Below are positions 14,581 to 22,345 of a stretch of 32,000 nucleotides of DNA, one piece after another (position 1 is the first letter of the stretch; the number at the start of each line of letters is the position of its first letter). The notes under the pieces are model-generated. The model had not been told where the DNA came from, searched no databases, and saw only the letters and a program-made list of their open reading frames with translations. This DNA is from Candidatus Saccharimonadota bacterium (lineage in GTDB: Bacteria > Patescibacteriota > Saccharimonadia > Saccharimonadales > Saccharimonadaceae), in NCBI GenBank assembly GCA_002421785.1, contig DIRZ01000003.1:1-32000 (forward strand). Direction: 5' to 3'. The position numbers were made by a program, and so were the translations under genes.

Positions 14581-16053
14581 CTATTTTGCATCGGATTTAT
14601 AGATGTAGAGTCGGTCGCCATTAGACGACATGCGACTCGTTATAATCGTGTTTGGTTCTACACTTGGTTTGGTGGCTTTGTAGGCATCATGCGTGTAGAG
14701 CACGTCGCCAAGTGATGGTGGTAGCGTGGTTGCGGGGTTTGAAGTAACACTGAATGACTTGCTGTAATGAGCCACCAGCGCGTAGAAAGGTACTTCATTG
14801 CGACTCGCAATAAGCACAACGGGACGCTTAAGGGCTTTTGACTTCTCGACCTCCCTGTCAATGAGCCGCAGGTCGTTGGTGTAATGCCGCAGGATGTCTG
14901 GTGAATACATATATGCGTTCATGTAGCGCGTCACGCCAGAATATACGACTCCAAGAACGAGAATCGACAACGGAATTAATCCGGCGACACGCGCGTAAGG
15001 GTTTCGCGGAAATAGCTTATACCAGTCAGTAATTAGTGTTGCAAGACCAAGGGCGACCATCAGGCAGACCAGAGGAAAGAGGTGCGTTACGTGCCTTGGA
15101 TTGAATATAATAAGTGGAATAAGGATGAGCCCGAGGGTCAAAACGATATAACTTCTCGCAGTGTATTTGTAGGTAAAGAGTTTATAGAGCCCTACTCCGA
15201 CAAGCAGGAGTAGCCCCAGTGAGTAGACAGGGCGCAGGAAGTAGGTGTTTGACTGCGAGGCGAATCCAAATACGTCAAAGAAGAGCTGCACAAGGTTGTC
15301 GCGGAAGTGAACGGTTGACGTGGGTATGCCAATAAGCGTGAAGAGAACGTCATGATTCAGAAATGATGCATAGGCCACAGGAACCGCAGAGAGAATACCA
15401 AGCACAATGCCAATCCATAGTCGTGGGCGCGAAAAGCGACGAATGAGGTGGCGAATGTGTGGGTGAAAGAACGCGGTGGTAAGCACGGCAAGCACCAAGT
15501 AAATGCCGAGCGGCGTGTAGAGCGATGTTGCCATCAGTATTCCTGCCAACACCTTCCAGAATGTACTAAATGTTTTCTTGCGAGTTACGTACGTGGCTGC
15601 GAATAGTAGCCATACGCTGAGGAAGCTAAACATAATATTCGGTGTGCCGTCTTGTACTAGGAACAAGAATTGCGTGGACGTAGCGGCAACAGCAGTCGTT
15701 AGGATGGCGACATTGCGCCGAAACCAGGTTCGTACCAATAGGTATAGGCCGAGAATAGTTGCAAGCCCCAGGACAATTGATGGTAGTTTAATACTGATGG
15801 TCGAGACACCAAAAGCCATGAAGCTGAGGCGCTGTAGAATGTGATACGGAAGATCGATGACCATGAGGGGGTCAAGTGATTCCATTGAGAGTGCCCCACT
15901 CTGTAACGCGGAGTTCATTTCGCCTGAGCGGAGCGCCCCGGGAACATACATACTGGCGATAGTAACGACGGCAGCGATAATAAGACCAACGAACGCGTAG
16001 GATAGGATGTATCGCCAGCGATAGACTAAAAAGTCGTTTACTTGACTCTGCAT
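14581..16053 (-). CDS. Polytopic membrane protein, probably a GT-C fold (ArnT/PMT-like, GT39/GT83-type) glycosyltransferase
   Basis: It has about 11-12 TM helices followed by a soluble C-terminal domain of about 110 aa, an architecture typical of GT-C enzymes. The assignment rests on topology, with no diagnostic motif verified. Confidence 0.4.
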   Translation of the reverse strand: MQSQVNDFLVYRWRYILSYAFVGLIIAAVVTIASMYVPGALRSGEMNSALQSGALSMESLDPLMVIDLPYHILQRLSFMAFGVSTISIKLPSIVLGLATILGLYLLVRTWFRRNVAILTTAVAATSTQFLFLVQDGTPNIMFSFLSVWLLFAATYVTRKKTFSTFWKVLAGILMATSLYTPLGIYLVLAVLTTAFFHPHIRHLIRRFSRPRLWIGIVLGILSAVPVAYASFLNHDVLFTLIGIPTSTVHFRDNLVQLFFDVFGFASQSNTYFLRPVYSLGLLLLVGVGLYKLFTYKYTARSYIVLTLGLILIPLIIFNPRHVTHLFPLVCLMVALGLATLITDWYKLFPRNPYARVAGLIPLSILVLGVVYSGVTRYMNAYMYSPDILRHYTNDLRLIDREVEKSKALKRPVVLIASRNEVPFYALVAHYSKSFSVTSNPATTLPPSLGDVLYTHDAYKATKPSVEPNTIITSRMSSNGDRLYIYKSDAK

Positions 16054-16066
16054 AATTCTACAGATA

Positions 16067-16077
16067 AGTATAGCATA
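16067..16077 (-). promoter_or_regulatory. Extended -10 (TATGC-TATACT) upstream of the GT-C-like gene
   Basis: On the minus strand, TTATGCTATACT is followed by 13 nt and then ATG 16053. The same TATGCTATACT motif occurs at the nrnA promoter and the 21595-22197 promoter. Confidence 0.45.
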
Positions 16078-16087
16078 ACTAATTCGT

Positions 16088-17440
16088 CTAGTCGTGACGC
16101 TTGTCGAGGCTCATGAATCGCAGACGCTCTGGGTGGAAGTAGAGTTGGACCTTACCAACGGGACCGTTACGGTGCTTGGCGATGATGAGATCGGTGATGT
16201 TCTGTACTTCTGGATTGTCTGGCTCGTAGTAGCCCGGGCGATAGATGAAACTGACAATATCGGCATCTTGCTCAATAGATCCCGATTCGCGCAAATCTGA
16301 TAGTTGTGGAATGGGCGGCGTACGACTTTCGACGCTACGGCTGAGCTGGCTCAAGGCGATGAGGGGTACGTTAAGTTCCCTGGCGATGAGCTTTAGGCCG
16401 CGGCTAATTTCGCTTACTTCTTGCACGCGGTTACCGCTGTGATTGCCATTTGCTTGCATAAGCTGCAAGTAGTCGACGATGATAAGCCCAAGTGGCTGAT
16501 CGTGAGCGGCGCGGCGCGATTTTGTGCGCATTTCTAGGACGCTTAGTCCTGGCGTGTCGTCAATGAAAATCGGTGCTTCAGCCATTTCGCCCATGGCTTC
16601 GCTAATTTTGCTAAAGTCATCGTCACTCAAGTTGCCGGTGCGAATGTTCCAACTATCAACCCCGCTTGCATCTGCGAGCATACGGTCAATAAGTTGTTCT
16701 TTGCTCATCTCGAGGCTAAAAAACAGAACAGGTAGTTTGGCAATCGTCGCCACGTTGTATGCAAGGTTCGTCACGAGTGTGGTTTTACCCATTGCAGGAC
16801 GGGCTGCCAGGATGATAAGGTCGCTGCGCTGTAATCCTGCGGTCATATTGTCGAGATCGCGATAGCCTGTGCGAATGCCCCGGAGCGCGCCTTTGTTGCG
16901 ATGTAGCTCTTCGATGCGGTCGAAGCTTTCTGTCAAAATGCTTTCAATGCTTACTAGGTCTTGTTTGAGCGACTGGTCGCTGACGCTGAATAGTTCGGCT
17001 TCGGCTTTTTCCAGCAGCTCCTGGGTCGTTGTTTCTTCGTCAAACCCCATTTCGCTGATTTCAGCGCTAGCACGAATTAGCCTGCGGCGTACGGCTTTTT
17101 GTTGTACTAGCTCGGCATAGGCTGTCGCGTGGCTGGCAGTCGGTACGTAGTTGGTCAGCTCAGTTAAGTAGGTGCTGCCACCGACCGTTTCTAGTTCGTC
17201 CTTCTTCTTTAGTTCTTCGGTGAGCGTGAGCAGGTCGACGGGTTTGTGCTTTTCGTACAGCCGCATCATCGCGGCAAATATCAGCTGGTGGCGTTTGTCA
17301 TAAAAATCATTGGCGCGAACTTGCTCGCTTGCATCAGCGATCACTTCTTCGTCAATTAATACGGCGCCAAGCAAACTCATCTCGGCATCGAGTGATTGCG
17401 GGGGGACTTTTCCTGCTGAAACGGATTTTTTGTCGGCCAT
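16088..17440 (-). CDS. dnaB: Replicative DNA helicase DnaB
   Basis: It has the N-terminal domain (PPQSLDAEMSLLGAVLID), Walker A (ARPAMGKTTL) and the RecA-like C-terminal motifs (IIVDYLQLM, SQLSR). The start overlaps the dnaX stop as TAATG. Confidence 0.93.
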   Translation of the reverse strand: MADKKSVSAGKVPPQSLDAEMSLLGAVLIDEEVIADASEQVRANDFYDKRHQLIFAAMMRLYEKHKPVDLLTLTEELKKKDELETVGGSTYLTELTNYVPTASHATAYAELVQQKAVRRRLIRASAEISEMGFDEETTTQELLEKAEAELFSVSDQSLKQDLVSIESILTESFDRIEELHRNKGALRGIRTGYRDLDNMTAGLQRSDLIILAARPAMGKTTLVTNLAYNVATIAKLPVLFFSLEMSKEQLIDRMLADASGVDSWNIRTGNLSDDDFSKISEAMGEMAEAPIFIDDTPGLSVLEMRTKSRRAAHDQPLGLIIVDYLQLMQANGNHSGNRVQEVSEISRGLKLIARELNVPLIALSQLSRSVESRTPPIPQLSDLRESGSIEQDADIVSFIYRPGYYEPDNPEVQNITDLIIAKHRNGPVGKVQLYFHPERLRFMSLDKRHD

Positions 17441-18876
17441 TATATCTGTACTTCTTCTCCGCCACCCATCATAGCAAGGACGGCTGCGGTTTGGCTATCA
17501 CTAGCGGGTTTAGACTCTGCAAGAATAGCAAGCTCCGCATCGGGCACCCCCACCGAAGACATGGCGGCTTGGATGGTACTTTGGGTTTTTTCGAGGCGGT
17601 TTTTGCTAAACGGCTTACCGGCATAGAGCGTGAGCGTACCGTTAGCATAATCGTAGGCACACTTGGTGAGTAACGTGTACGTACCCATCGATTCAGCCTT
17701 TAGTGCCATTAAAAAATCTTGCCAAGGAAATTCGGTAACAGGTGCGGCTGCATGCTTTTTTGCCACCGGTCTTGGCGCCGCTGGAATGACGATAGGTGGC
17801 TCTACCTTGACTGCTGGCTGGGTTGCTGTGGTGGCGCTTGCAGCTTTCGGTGGCTTCGTGGCCTTTGGGGTGTCGGGAAGAGTTGGCTTGGGGCTTGGCG
17901 CGGGGGGTGGCGTGGTGATGGTTGGCGCGGGTACGCGCGGCATGTCGGAAGAAAGCGCAGTGAGTAGCTTGATGTGCGGCCACGCGCTTCGGGTGATTTC
18001 TAGTAGGTTATCGAGCAACGACAAAAGGTGTGGCTTTTCGACGATTTGTTCACGGATAGACCGAATAAGCTGCTCGGCCAGAATGACAGCTGGTGTACCC
18101 CGCGCTTCGCTATCGCCTATGAGTTGCACGATGGATTTTAGGTCGTGTGTTTCGTATGCGGTGAGCAGTCGGGCAACGGTATCGGCATCAGCAAGCCCCA
18201 ACACGCCCTCAATGAGCTCGCGTGTAATTGGTCCGTCGCCGAGACTCGAAAATTGATCAAGCAGGCTAATGCTGTCGCGGAAACTCCCTTTTCCTTGGTG
18301 GGCGAGAAGCGCCAATGCCTCGTCGGTGATTTCAATGTTCTCGATATCGGCGATTTTACGTAGATGCGCAGTTGCGTCTTGCTCCCCGATCGCTCGAAAG
18401 TTGAAACGCTGTACGCGGCTGATGATGGTTGCGGGAAGCTTGTCGACATCAGTCGTGGCCAAGATGAATACCACGTGTTCGGGTGGTTCCTCGAGCGTCT
18501 TCAGGAGCGCGTTAAACGCGGGTTTACTGAGCATGTGGACCTCGTCGATGATGTAGACTTTCTTGCGAGCACTCGATGGAGCAATCTGCACTTTATCGCG
18601 CAGATCACGAATGTCATCCACGCCGTTGTTGCTGGCGGCGTCAATCTCCACGATGTCGAGGTGGGTTGACTCATCTGTGTAGGGCAACGCATTGATTTCA
18701 TGGGCAAGAATGCGCGCAATACTGGTTTTACCGACACCGCGCGGGCCAGTGAGTAAGTAGGCGTGCGCAACTTTGTCGGCAGCGATAGCTTTACCAAGCA
18801 TTTCGGTAATATGTGACTGCCCGACGATTTCGTCGAGCGACTTGCTTCGATATTTGCGGTATAACGCCTGCCCCAT
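17440..18876 (-). CDS. dnaX: DNA polymerase III subunit gamma/tau
   Basis: It has MGQALYRKYRSKSLDEIVGQ, Walker A GPRGVGKTS and a box of the SRC type, followed by a Pro/Thr/Ala-rich linker and a C-terminal domain. Start chosen at ATG 18876, which lies 7 nt downstream of TAAAAT; the track ORF extends to 18972. Confidence 0.9.
   Translation of the reverse strand: MGQALYRKYRSKSLDEIVGQSHITEMLGKAIAADKVAHAYLLTGPRGVGKTSIARILAHEINALPYTDESTHLDIVEIDAASNNGVDDIRDLRDKVQIAPSSARKKVYIIDEVHMLSKPAFNALLKTLEEPPEHVVFILATTDVDKLPATIISRVQRFNFRAIGEQDATAHLRKIADIENIEITDEALALLAHQGKGSFRDSISLLDQFSSLGDGPITRELIEGVLGLADADTVARLLTAYETHDLKSIVQLIGDSEARGTPAVILAEQLIRSIREQIVEKPHLLSLLDNLLEITRSAWPHIKLLTALSSDMPRVPAPTITTPPPAPSPKPTLPDTPKATKPPKAASATTATQPAVKVEPPIVIPAAPRPVAKKHAAAPVTEFPWQDFLMALKAESMGTYTLLTKCAYDYANGTLTLYAGKPFSKNRLEKTQSTIQAAMSSVGVPDAELAILAESKPASDSQTAAVLAMMGGGEEVQI
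17755..17761 (-). promoter_or_regulatory. Candidate -1 programmed frameshift heptamer A-AAA-AAG within dnaX
   Basis: The minus strand reads GCA AAA AAG CAT in the dnaX zero frame, which is the same heptamer and phase used by E. coli dnaX. The -1 frame closes 22 codons later (stop at 17693-17695). Confidence 0.4.
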
Positions 18877-18883
18877 TAGTTCT

Positions 18884-18889
18884 ATTTTA
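18884..18889 (-). promoter_or_regulatory. -10 box (TAAAAT) for the dnaX-dnaB operon, giving a leaderless start
   Basis: On the minus strand, TAAAAT is followed by 7 nt (AGAACTA) and then ATG 18876. It lies in the 43-nt gap after tdk. Confidence 0.45.
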
Positions 18890-18919
18890 CACGTATTCGC
18901 GTGCGTTGTCTGTTGTAGT

Positions 18920-19522
18920 TTAGGCCGTGATAGCGCCGGGCGACTGGCTGTTGTCGTGATAGCAGTTGGCACACATGCTTTGGTAGCGTACGCTTGTTTG
19001 GTCGTTATCTATCATGACGATTGGCTCACCGACGTGGAATCCACCATTCACGAAACGGCCGTTGTATTCTGCCTGCCGGCCACAGGTGCACATGGTAATC
19101 ATTTTGTCGATGTTGTCTGATAGTTCGAATAGTCGCTGGGAGCCTGCGAACAATCGTCGTTGCACGTCACTGCGCAGCCCGTAGGCAATCACCGACGTAT
19201 CATCAAGCTTGGCAATTTTCTCAAGATCATCGATTTGCTCGGGTGTCATGAAGTTTGCCTCGTCGACGAGTACGCAGTGGATTAATCGTTCGCCAATAAA
19301 CCGATGGTATTCCTCGCGAATCGCAGTCTCGTCGTTGGTGGCGATGTCGACGGGCCATTCTTTGCCCGCGCGACTGGTGGTAAAGCCAGGTTTACGCATT
19401 GCGAGTTCGGGCATGATAGTTACGACCGCGAGACCGTTTTCGGTGTAGTTGTATGCCGCGCTAATCATTGTGTCGCTCTTGCCGCAGTTCATCGCGCCGT
19501 ATCTGAAATTTAGTTTCGCCAT
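18920..19522 (-). CDS. tdk: Thymidine kinase
   Basis: It has the P-loop YGAMNCGKS and the C-terminal zinc-ribbon cysteines (CTCGRQAEYN...CANCY). GGGGAGAG SD precedes the ATG. Confidence 0.92.
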   Translation of the reverse strand: MAKLNFRYGAMNCGKSDTMISAAYNYTENGLAVVTIMPELAMRKPGFTTSRAGKEWPVDIATNDETAIREEYHRFIGERLIHCVLVDEANFMTPEQIDDLEKIAKLDDTSVIAYGLRSDVQRRLFAGSQRLFELSDNIDKMITMCTCGRQAEYNGRFVNGGFHVGEPIVMIDNDQTSVRYQSMCANCYHDNSQSPGAITA

Positions 19523-19598
19523 GTCTCTCCCCTAGTAGCTGTATTTTCTTAGTATACTCAGCCAGCCGCGCTGTGTCGTCCGTAGTTTTTACAATAGT

Positions 19599-19624
19599 AA
19601 AACAGAGCACGTTACCATGCTCTG
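19599..19624 (-). terminator. Probable intrinsic terminator after the 171-aa gene
   Basis: On the minus strand, CAGAGCA-(8-nt loop)-TGCTCTG is followed by TTTTAC. The U-tract is short. Confidence 0.45.
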
Positions 19625-19645
19625 TCGTGTTGCCGTAAAGGTGCG

Positions 19646-20161
19646 CTAAAGCGCTGCTTCAACTGCTGCCCAAGTAGCCTCGGGATTGTCCTCAGGAACG
19701 ATGATAGTGACTTGGTCGCCGATATTGATACGGAAATACGTAACACTCGCAAGCAATATTCGGTATTCACGACCGCTTGCTTCGACGTAGTAGGCACCAT
19801 CGTGTTGCACCAAGGTGCCGATGATTTGCCTGCGTGGAATCGGGCCGATTTGCTTGTAGATAAATCCGCCGTCGTCGGCGATCGTAAGTTTGAGAATGTC
19901 TCCTTCGACAAGCTTACTCTTGCTCGCATAGTTTGCTGGCACAGGGTAGCTTTTGCCATCGGGGCCAATCATGACCTGACCATCAAAGACACCTTCAATA
20001 ACCTTGCCACTGACATCTTCGCGGCTGTTTGTTGGCGTGACAACGTTACCGTCATCACCAATGATGCTAATCAGAAGTTCTTTGGCTGCCGCGAGGTTGG
20101 TCTCGGCCTCCTGTATAAGCGACTTCAGGCGCTTGACTTGTTTTTCCGGTAATTCAGACAT
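19646..20161 (-). CDS. Hypothetical protein (N-terminal coiled-coil helix plus two similar beta-rich modules)
   Basis: The 171-aa ORF has coding-like composition. Segments GKSYPVPANYASKSKLVEGDILKLTI and GREYRILLASVTYFRINIGDQVTIIV look like an internal duplication. No family recognised. Confidence 0.55.
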   Translation of the reverse strand: MSELPEKQVKRLKSLIQEAETNLAAAKELLISIIGDDGNVVTPTNSREDVSGKVIEGVFDGQVMIGPDGKSYPVPANYASKSKLVEGDILKLTIADDGGFIYKQIGPIPRRQIIGTLVQHDGAYYVEASGREYRILLASVTYFRINIGDQVTIIVPEDNPEATWAAVEAAL

Positions 20162-20296
20162 GGGGTTCTCGCAATCTTTGTCTGTTTTTGTAGTAATACC
20201 CTCATTATATACCGCTGACCGGGCACAAAGTCAACCCCCAAAATTTTCCACAACGAATTCTGGGGTCGATGAATAATCGTTGTAAATATCCCATCA

Positions 20297-21331
20297 TTAA
20301 AATGGCAGATACCTCCTGCGACGTGTTGCTGATGGATAGACGGTGTCGTTTTGGCCGGTGCCAAGGACGGTGACCGGTGCATCGAGGTGCGTTAATTGCT
20401 TCAGTGCGGCCACCGCAACAAGTGTTGTGGGTTCGTAATTGGGTGTTTCTGTTCGGAGCAGTCGGCGGCGATCGTGGTCGTATAGCTCGCTCAGCTCCGC
20501 AACGTCGTCGTCAGGAACGGTAAGGAGCTGGAGGTTTGGACTGCGGAGACTCTGGGCTAACGTGAATGCGCCAATGGTTCGCACCGCGGACCCTCCATAG
20601 CGCTGATTTGGGCAGTGAGCATCCCTTAATTTGCCCGCATCCACGCTACGCCCGAGGCTGTTGCTACCGTCGGCCTGAGCGGCGTAAACCGTGATATCTG
20701 TTCTGCCCTTTTGTTCTAGCCGTGCCAGAACTCCCGCTAGTAAGCCACCTCCCCCAACTGGCAGTACGATGTGCTGTGTTTCGGGGTGCTGGGCAAGTAG
20801 GTCATCGACGACCGTGCCTTGTCCTGCGACAACGTCGGCATTGTCGTAAGGGTGGAGCGTTGTACCGTGTTGGCTGAGGGCCCACTCGAGCGAGTCGTCG
20901 AACGTATCACCAGTCACGTGAACCCTCAGTAGCCGTTCGGGCGCCAGCTGACGTATGAAGTCCTTTTTTTCGGGGGGCGCGCTTTTGGGTACGACAACGG
21001 TGAGGTGCATATCAAGCAGTTTTGCAGCAAGCGCTGCTCCCCTGGCATGGTTACCTGCAGAGGGCGCGATAACATGGTCAATACCCTGCTCTTTTAGCAT
21101 TGTCATGCCTACGACTGCGCCACGCCACTTAAACGCGCCGGCATCGTTATCGCTCAGGTTCATGAGCGCCACACCGTATGCGCCGACTGATGCGGTAAAG
21201 TCTGGGAACTCGACTTCAAGCTCTTCCATTCTTGTGTCGTCATGGAGTGCCGAGCGAAAATCGTCGATAATATCGAGCGCGTAGTCCCCGTTGGTTGTGG
21301 GTGATGGCTGGTGTTCGCGTGCTGACGGCAT
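20297..21331 (-). CDS. PLP-dependent threonine/serine dehydratase-like enzyme (fold-type II, IlvA/TdcB-like)
   Basis: It has a PLP-lysine motif FKWRGA (family pattern SFKxRGA), PSAGNHARGAA and a glycine loop PVGGGGLLAG. Start moved to ATG 21331, which has AAGGAG 4 nt upstream; the track start is 21358. Confidence 0.7.
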   Translation of the reverse strand: MPSAREHQPSPTTNGDYALDIIDDFRSALHDDTRMEELEVEFPDFTASVGAYGVALMNLSDNDAGAFKWRGAVVGMTMLKEQGIDHVIAPSAGNHARGAALAAKLLDMHLTVVVPKSAPPEKKDFIRQLAPERLLRVHVTGDTFDDSLEWALSQHGTTLHPYDNADVVAGQGTVVDDLLAQHPETQHIVLPVGGGGLLAGVLARLEQKGRTDITVYAAQADGSNSLGRSVDAGKLRDAHCPNQRYGGSAVRTIGAFTLAQSLRSPNLQLLTVPDDDVAELSELYDHDRRRLLRTETPNYEPTTLVAVAALKQLTHLDAPVTVLGTGQNDTVYPSATRRRRYLPF

Positions 21332-21360
21332 AGTGCTCCTTTCGTAGGCGCTGAGCAAAC

Positions 21361-21383
21361 AAAAAACCCGGGCGGTCGCCGGG
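21361..21383 (-). terminator. Intrinsic terminator / attenuator hairpin just upstream of the dehydratase-like gene
   Basis: The minus strand reads CCCGG-CGACCGC-CCGGG followed by TTTTTTG. It lies 25 nt after the leader mini-ORF stop and 30 nt before the dehydratase start. Confidence 0.6.
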
Positions 21384-21408
21384 AGCTCGTTTGGTCTATG
21401 ATGATTGG

Positions 21409-21483
21409 TTAGATATGAGCTAGCAGCGCCGCAGGGTTACTGCGAAGAATAATCACGCTGAGAATCATGTGGATTTGGCTCAT
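21409..21483 (-). CDS. Candidate leader peptide MSQIHMILSVIILRSNPAALLAHI (branched-chain-rich)
   Basis: The 24 codons include 5 Ile, 4 Leu and 1 Val, with the run ILSVIIL. It starts 6 nt downstream of a TGC-TACACT box and ends just before the terminator hairpin. Confidence 0.4.
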   Translation of the reverse strand: MSQIHMILSVIILRSNPAALLAHI

Positions 21484-21489
21484 AACATA

Positions 21490-21498
21490 AGTGTAGCA
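21490..21498 (-). promoter_or_regulatory. Extended -10 (TGC-TACACT) for the leader mini-ORF and dehydratase transcript
   Basis: On the minus strand, GTGCTACACT is followed by 6 nt (TATGTT) and then ATG 21483. A weak -35 (TGGACG) lies 18 nt upstream. Confidence 0.4.
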
Positions 21499-21594
21499 CA
21501 TGCGGGATAGGCTCGTCCACGCTATAAGTGAAGAGGCCCGGCCCCACGCTCGTAGTGAGCGCAAGGTCGGGCCTTGGTGGGCACCAGCGGGCAC

Positions 21595-22197
21595 CTAGGG
21601 GCGCGTCGTCACGGAGAACCCGCAGTTGCCACTCAGGTACCCCTCGCCGAAGACGGCGTCGAGGCCGTAGCCTCGGCCCAGGAAGTAGACGCCGCGGTAG
21701 GAGCCGTAGCTGCCCTGGTCGTCGATGTCCTCGGTGTGGATGTGGCGATCACCGTAGACGGGATCGTGGTCGTCGACGGGCTGCAGGTCCTCGGGGAACA
21801 TCTCCTCGAGGTCTGCGTCCCAGTTGGCGAACAAGTCGTCCCACTCGTCGGAGTCGATCTCCTCTTCGTCGAAGAGGGGCTGGTCGAGCTCGTCGTCCCA
21901 GTCGTCGTCGACTTCGTAGTCGTCCAACTCGTCCAGGTCGGCCTCGGAGAGGCTCTCTTTGAACGTGTGGCGCGCCATGTCGGCCTTGGCCTGTGCCAGG
22001 CGCTCGGCCCGGACGTGCCGGAGGTGCGTCATGAAGTGGATCTCCTCGCGGGGGTGCGAGTTCGGCCGGAGGTTGCCGTCCACGCCCATGACCATGCGAC
22101 GATCGAGCGTCGCCACGAACGCGGCCCGCTTCTTGGCGGCGCGTCGGCGTGCCACGGCGGTCGGCTTGGGCTTCTGCAGGGTGTTGGTGCGAGCCAT
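21595..22197 (-). CDS. Hypothetical 200-aa protein, strongly GC3-biased; basic N terminus, extremely acidic Trp-containing middle, Gly/Tyr-rich tail
   Basis: AAGGAG lies 6 nt upstream of ATG 22197. By hand count, 35 of the first 40 codons end in G/C, against 21 of 40 in cysS. The long antisense ORFs here (21574-22302, 21528-21962) are the usual artefact of high-GC coding DNA. Confidence 0.7.
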   Translation of the reverse strand: MARTNTLQKPKPTAVARRRAAKKRAAFVATLDRRMVMGVDGNLRPNSHPREEIHFMTHLRHVRAERLAQAKADMARHTFKESLSEADLDELDDYEVDDDWDDELDQPLFDEEEIDSDEWDDLFANWDADLEEMFPEDLQPVDDHDPVYGDRHIHTEDIDDQGSYGSYRGVYFLGRGYGLDAVFGEGYLSGNCGFSVTTRP

Positions 22198-22237
22198 CTA
22201 TTACTCCTTCATTGGTCGAATGATAGCTTTAAACTAC

Positions 22238-22266
22238 AGTATAGCATAATCGACATAAAATGTCAA
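22238..22266 (-). promoter_or_regulatory. Consensus sigma70 promoter of the GC-rich acidic ORF
   Basis: On the minus strand, TTGACA (22261-22266) is followed by a 17-nt spacer ending in TGC, then TATACT (22238-22243). Confidence 0.7.
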
Positions 22267-22286
22267 TATATAGGCAACTGGCCAAC

Positions 22287-22308
22287 CAAAAACCCCGCAT
22301 AAAGCGGG
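22287..22308 (-). terminator. Rho-independent terminator of rplJL
   Basis: On the minus strand, CCCCGC-TTTAT-GCGGGG is followed by TTTTT. It lies 37 nt after the rplL stop. Confidence 0.85.
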
Positions 22309-22345
22309 GTGAATGGTAACATATGTGGTCGAAAGGATTGTGAAC

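Noticed and set aside
17663-18256. A 197-aa plus-strand ORF and several other ORFs of 80-110 aa opposite dnaX, dnaB, cysS and the ATPase.
   Set aside because: All are antisense to strongly supported genes, have low-complexity or biased composition and lack start signals.
21409-21597. The 61-codon ORF directly in frame after the TAG stop of the acidic orphan, which could mean stop-codon readthrough or TAG reassignment.
   Set aside because: TAG ends other well-supported genes here (SulP, folA, LysM-CHAP), and composition changes abruptly within the extension. The distal part is better explained as an independent leader mini-ORF with its own -10 box.
21528-22302. Long plus-strand ORFs (242 aa at 21574-22302 and 144 aa at 21528-21962, Arg/Gly/Val-rich).
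   Set aside because: They are antisense to the GC3-rich minus-strand gene. Stop-poor shadow frames of this kind are expected in high-GC coding DNA. The minus-strand frame has the SD, the promoter and the third-position GC bias.
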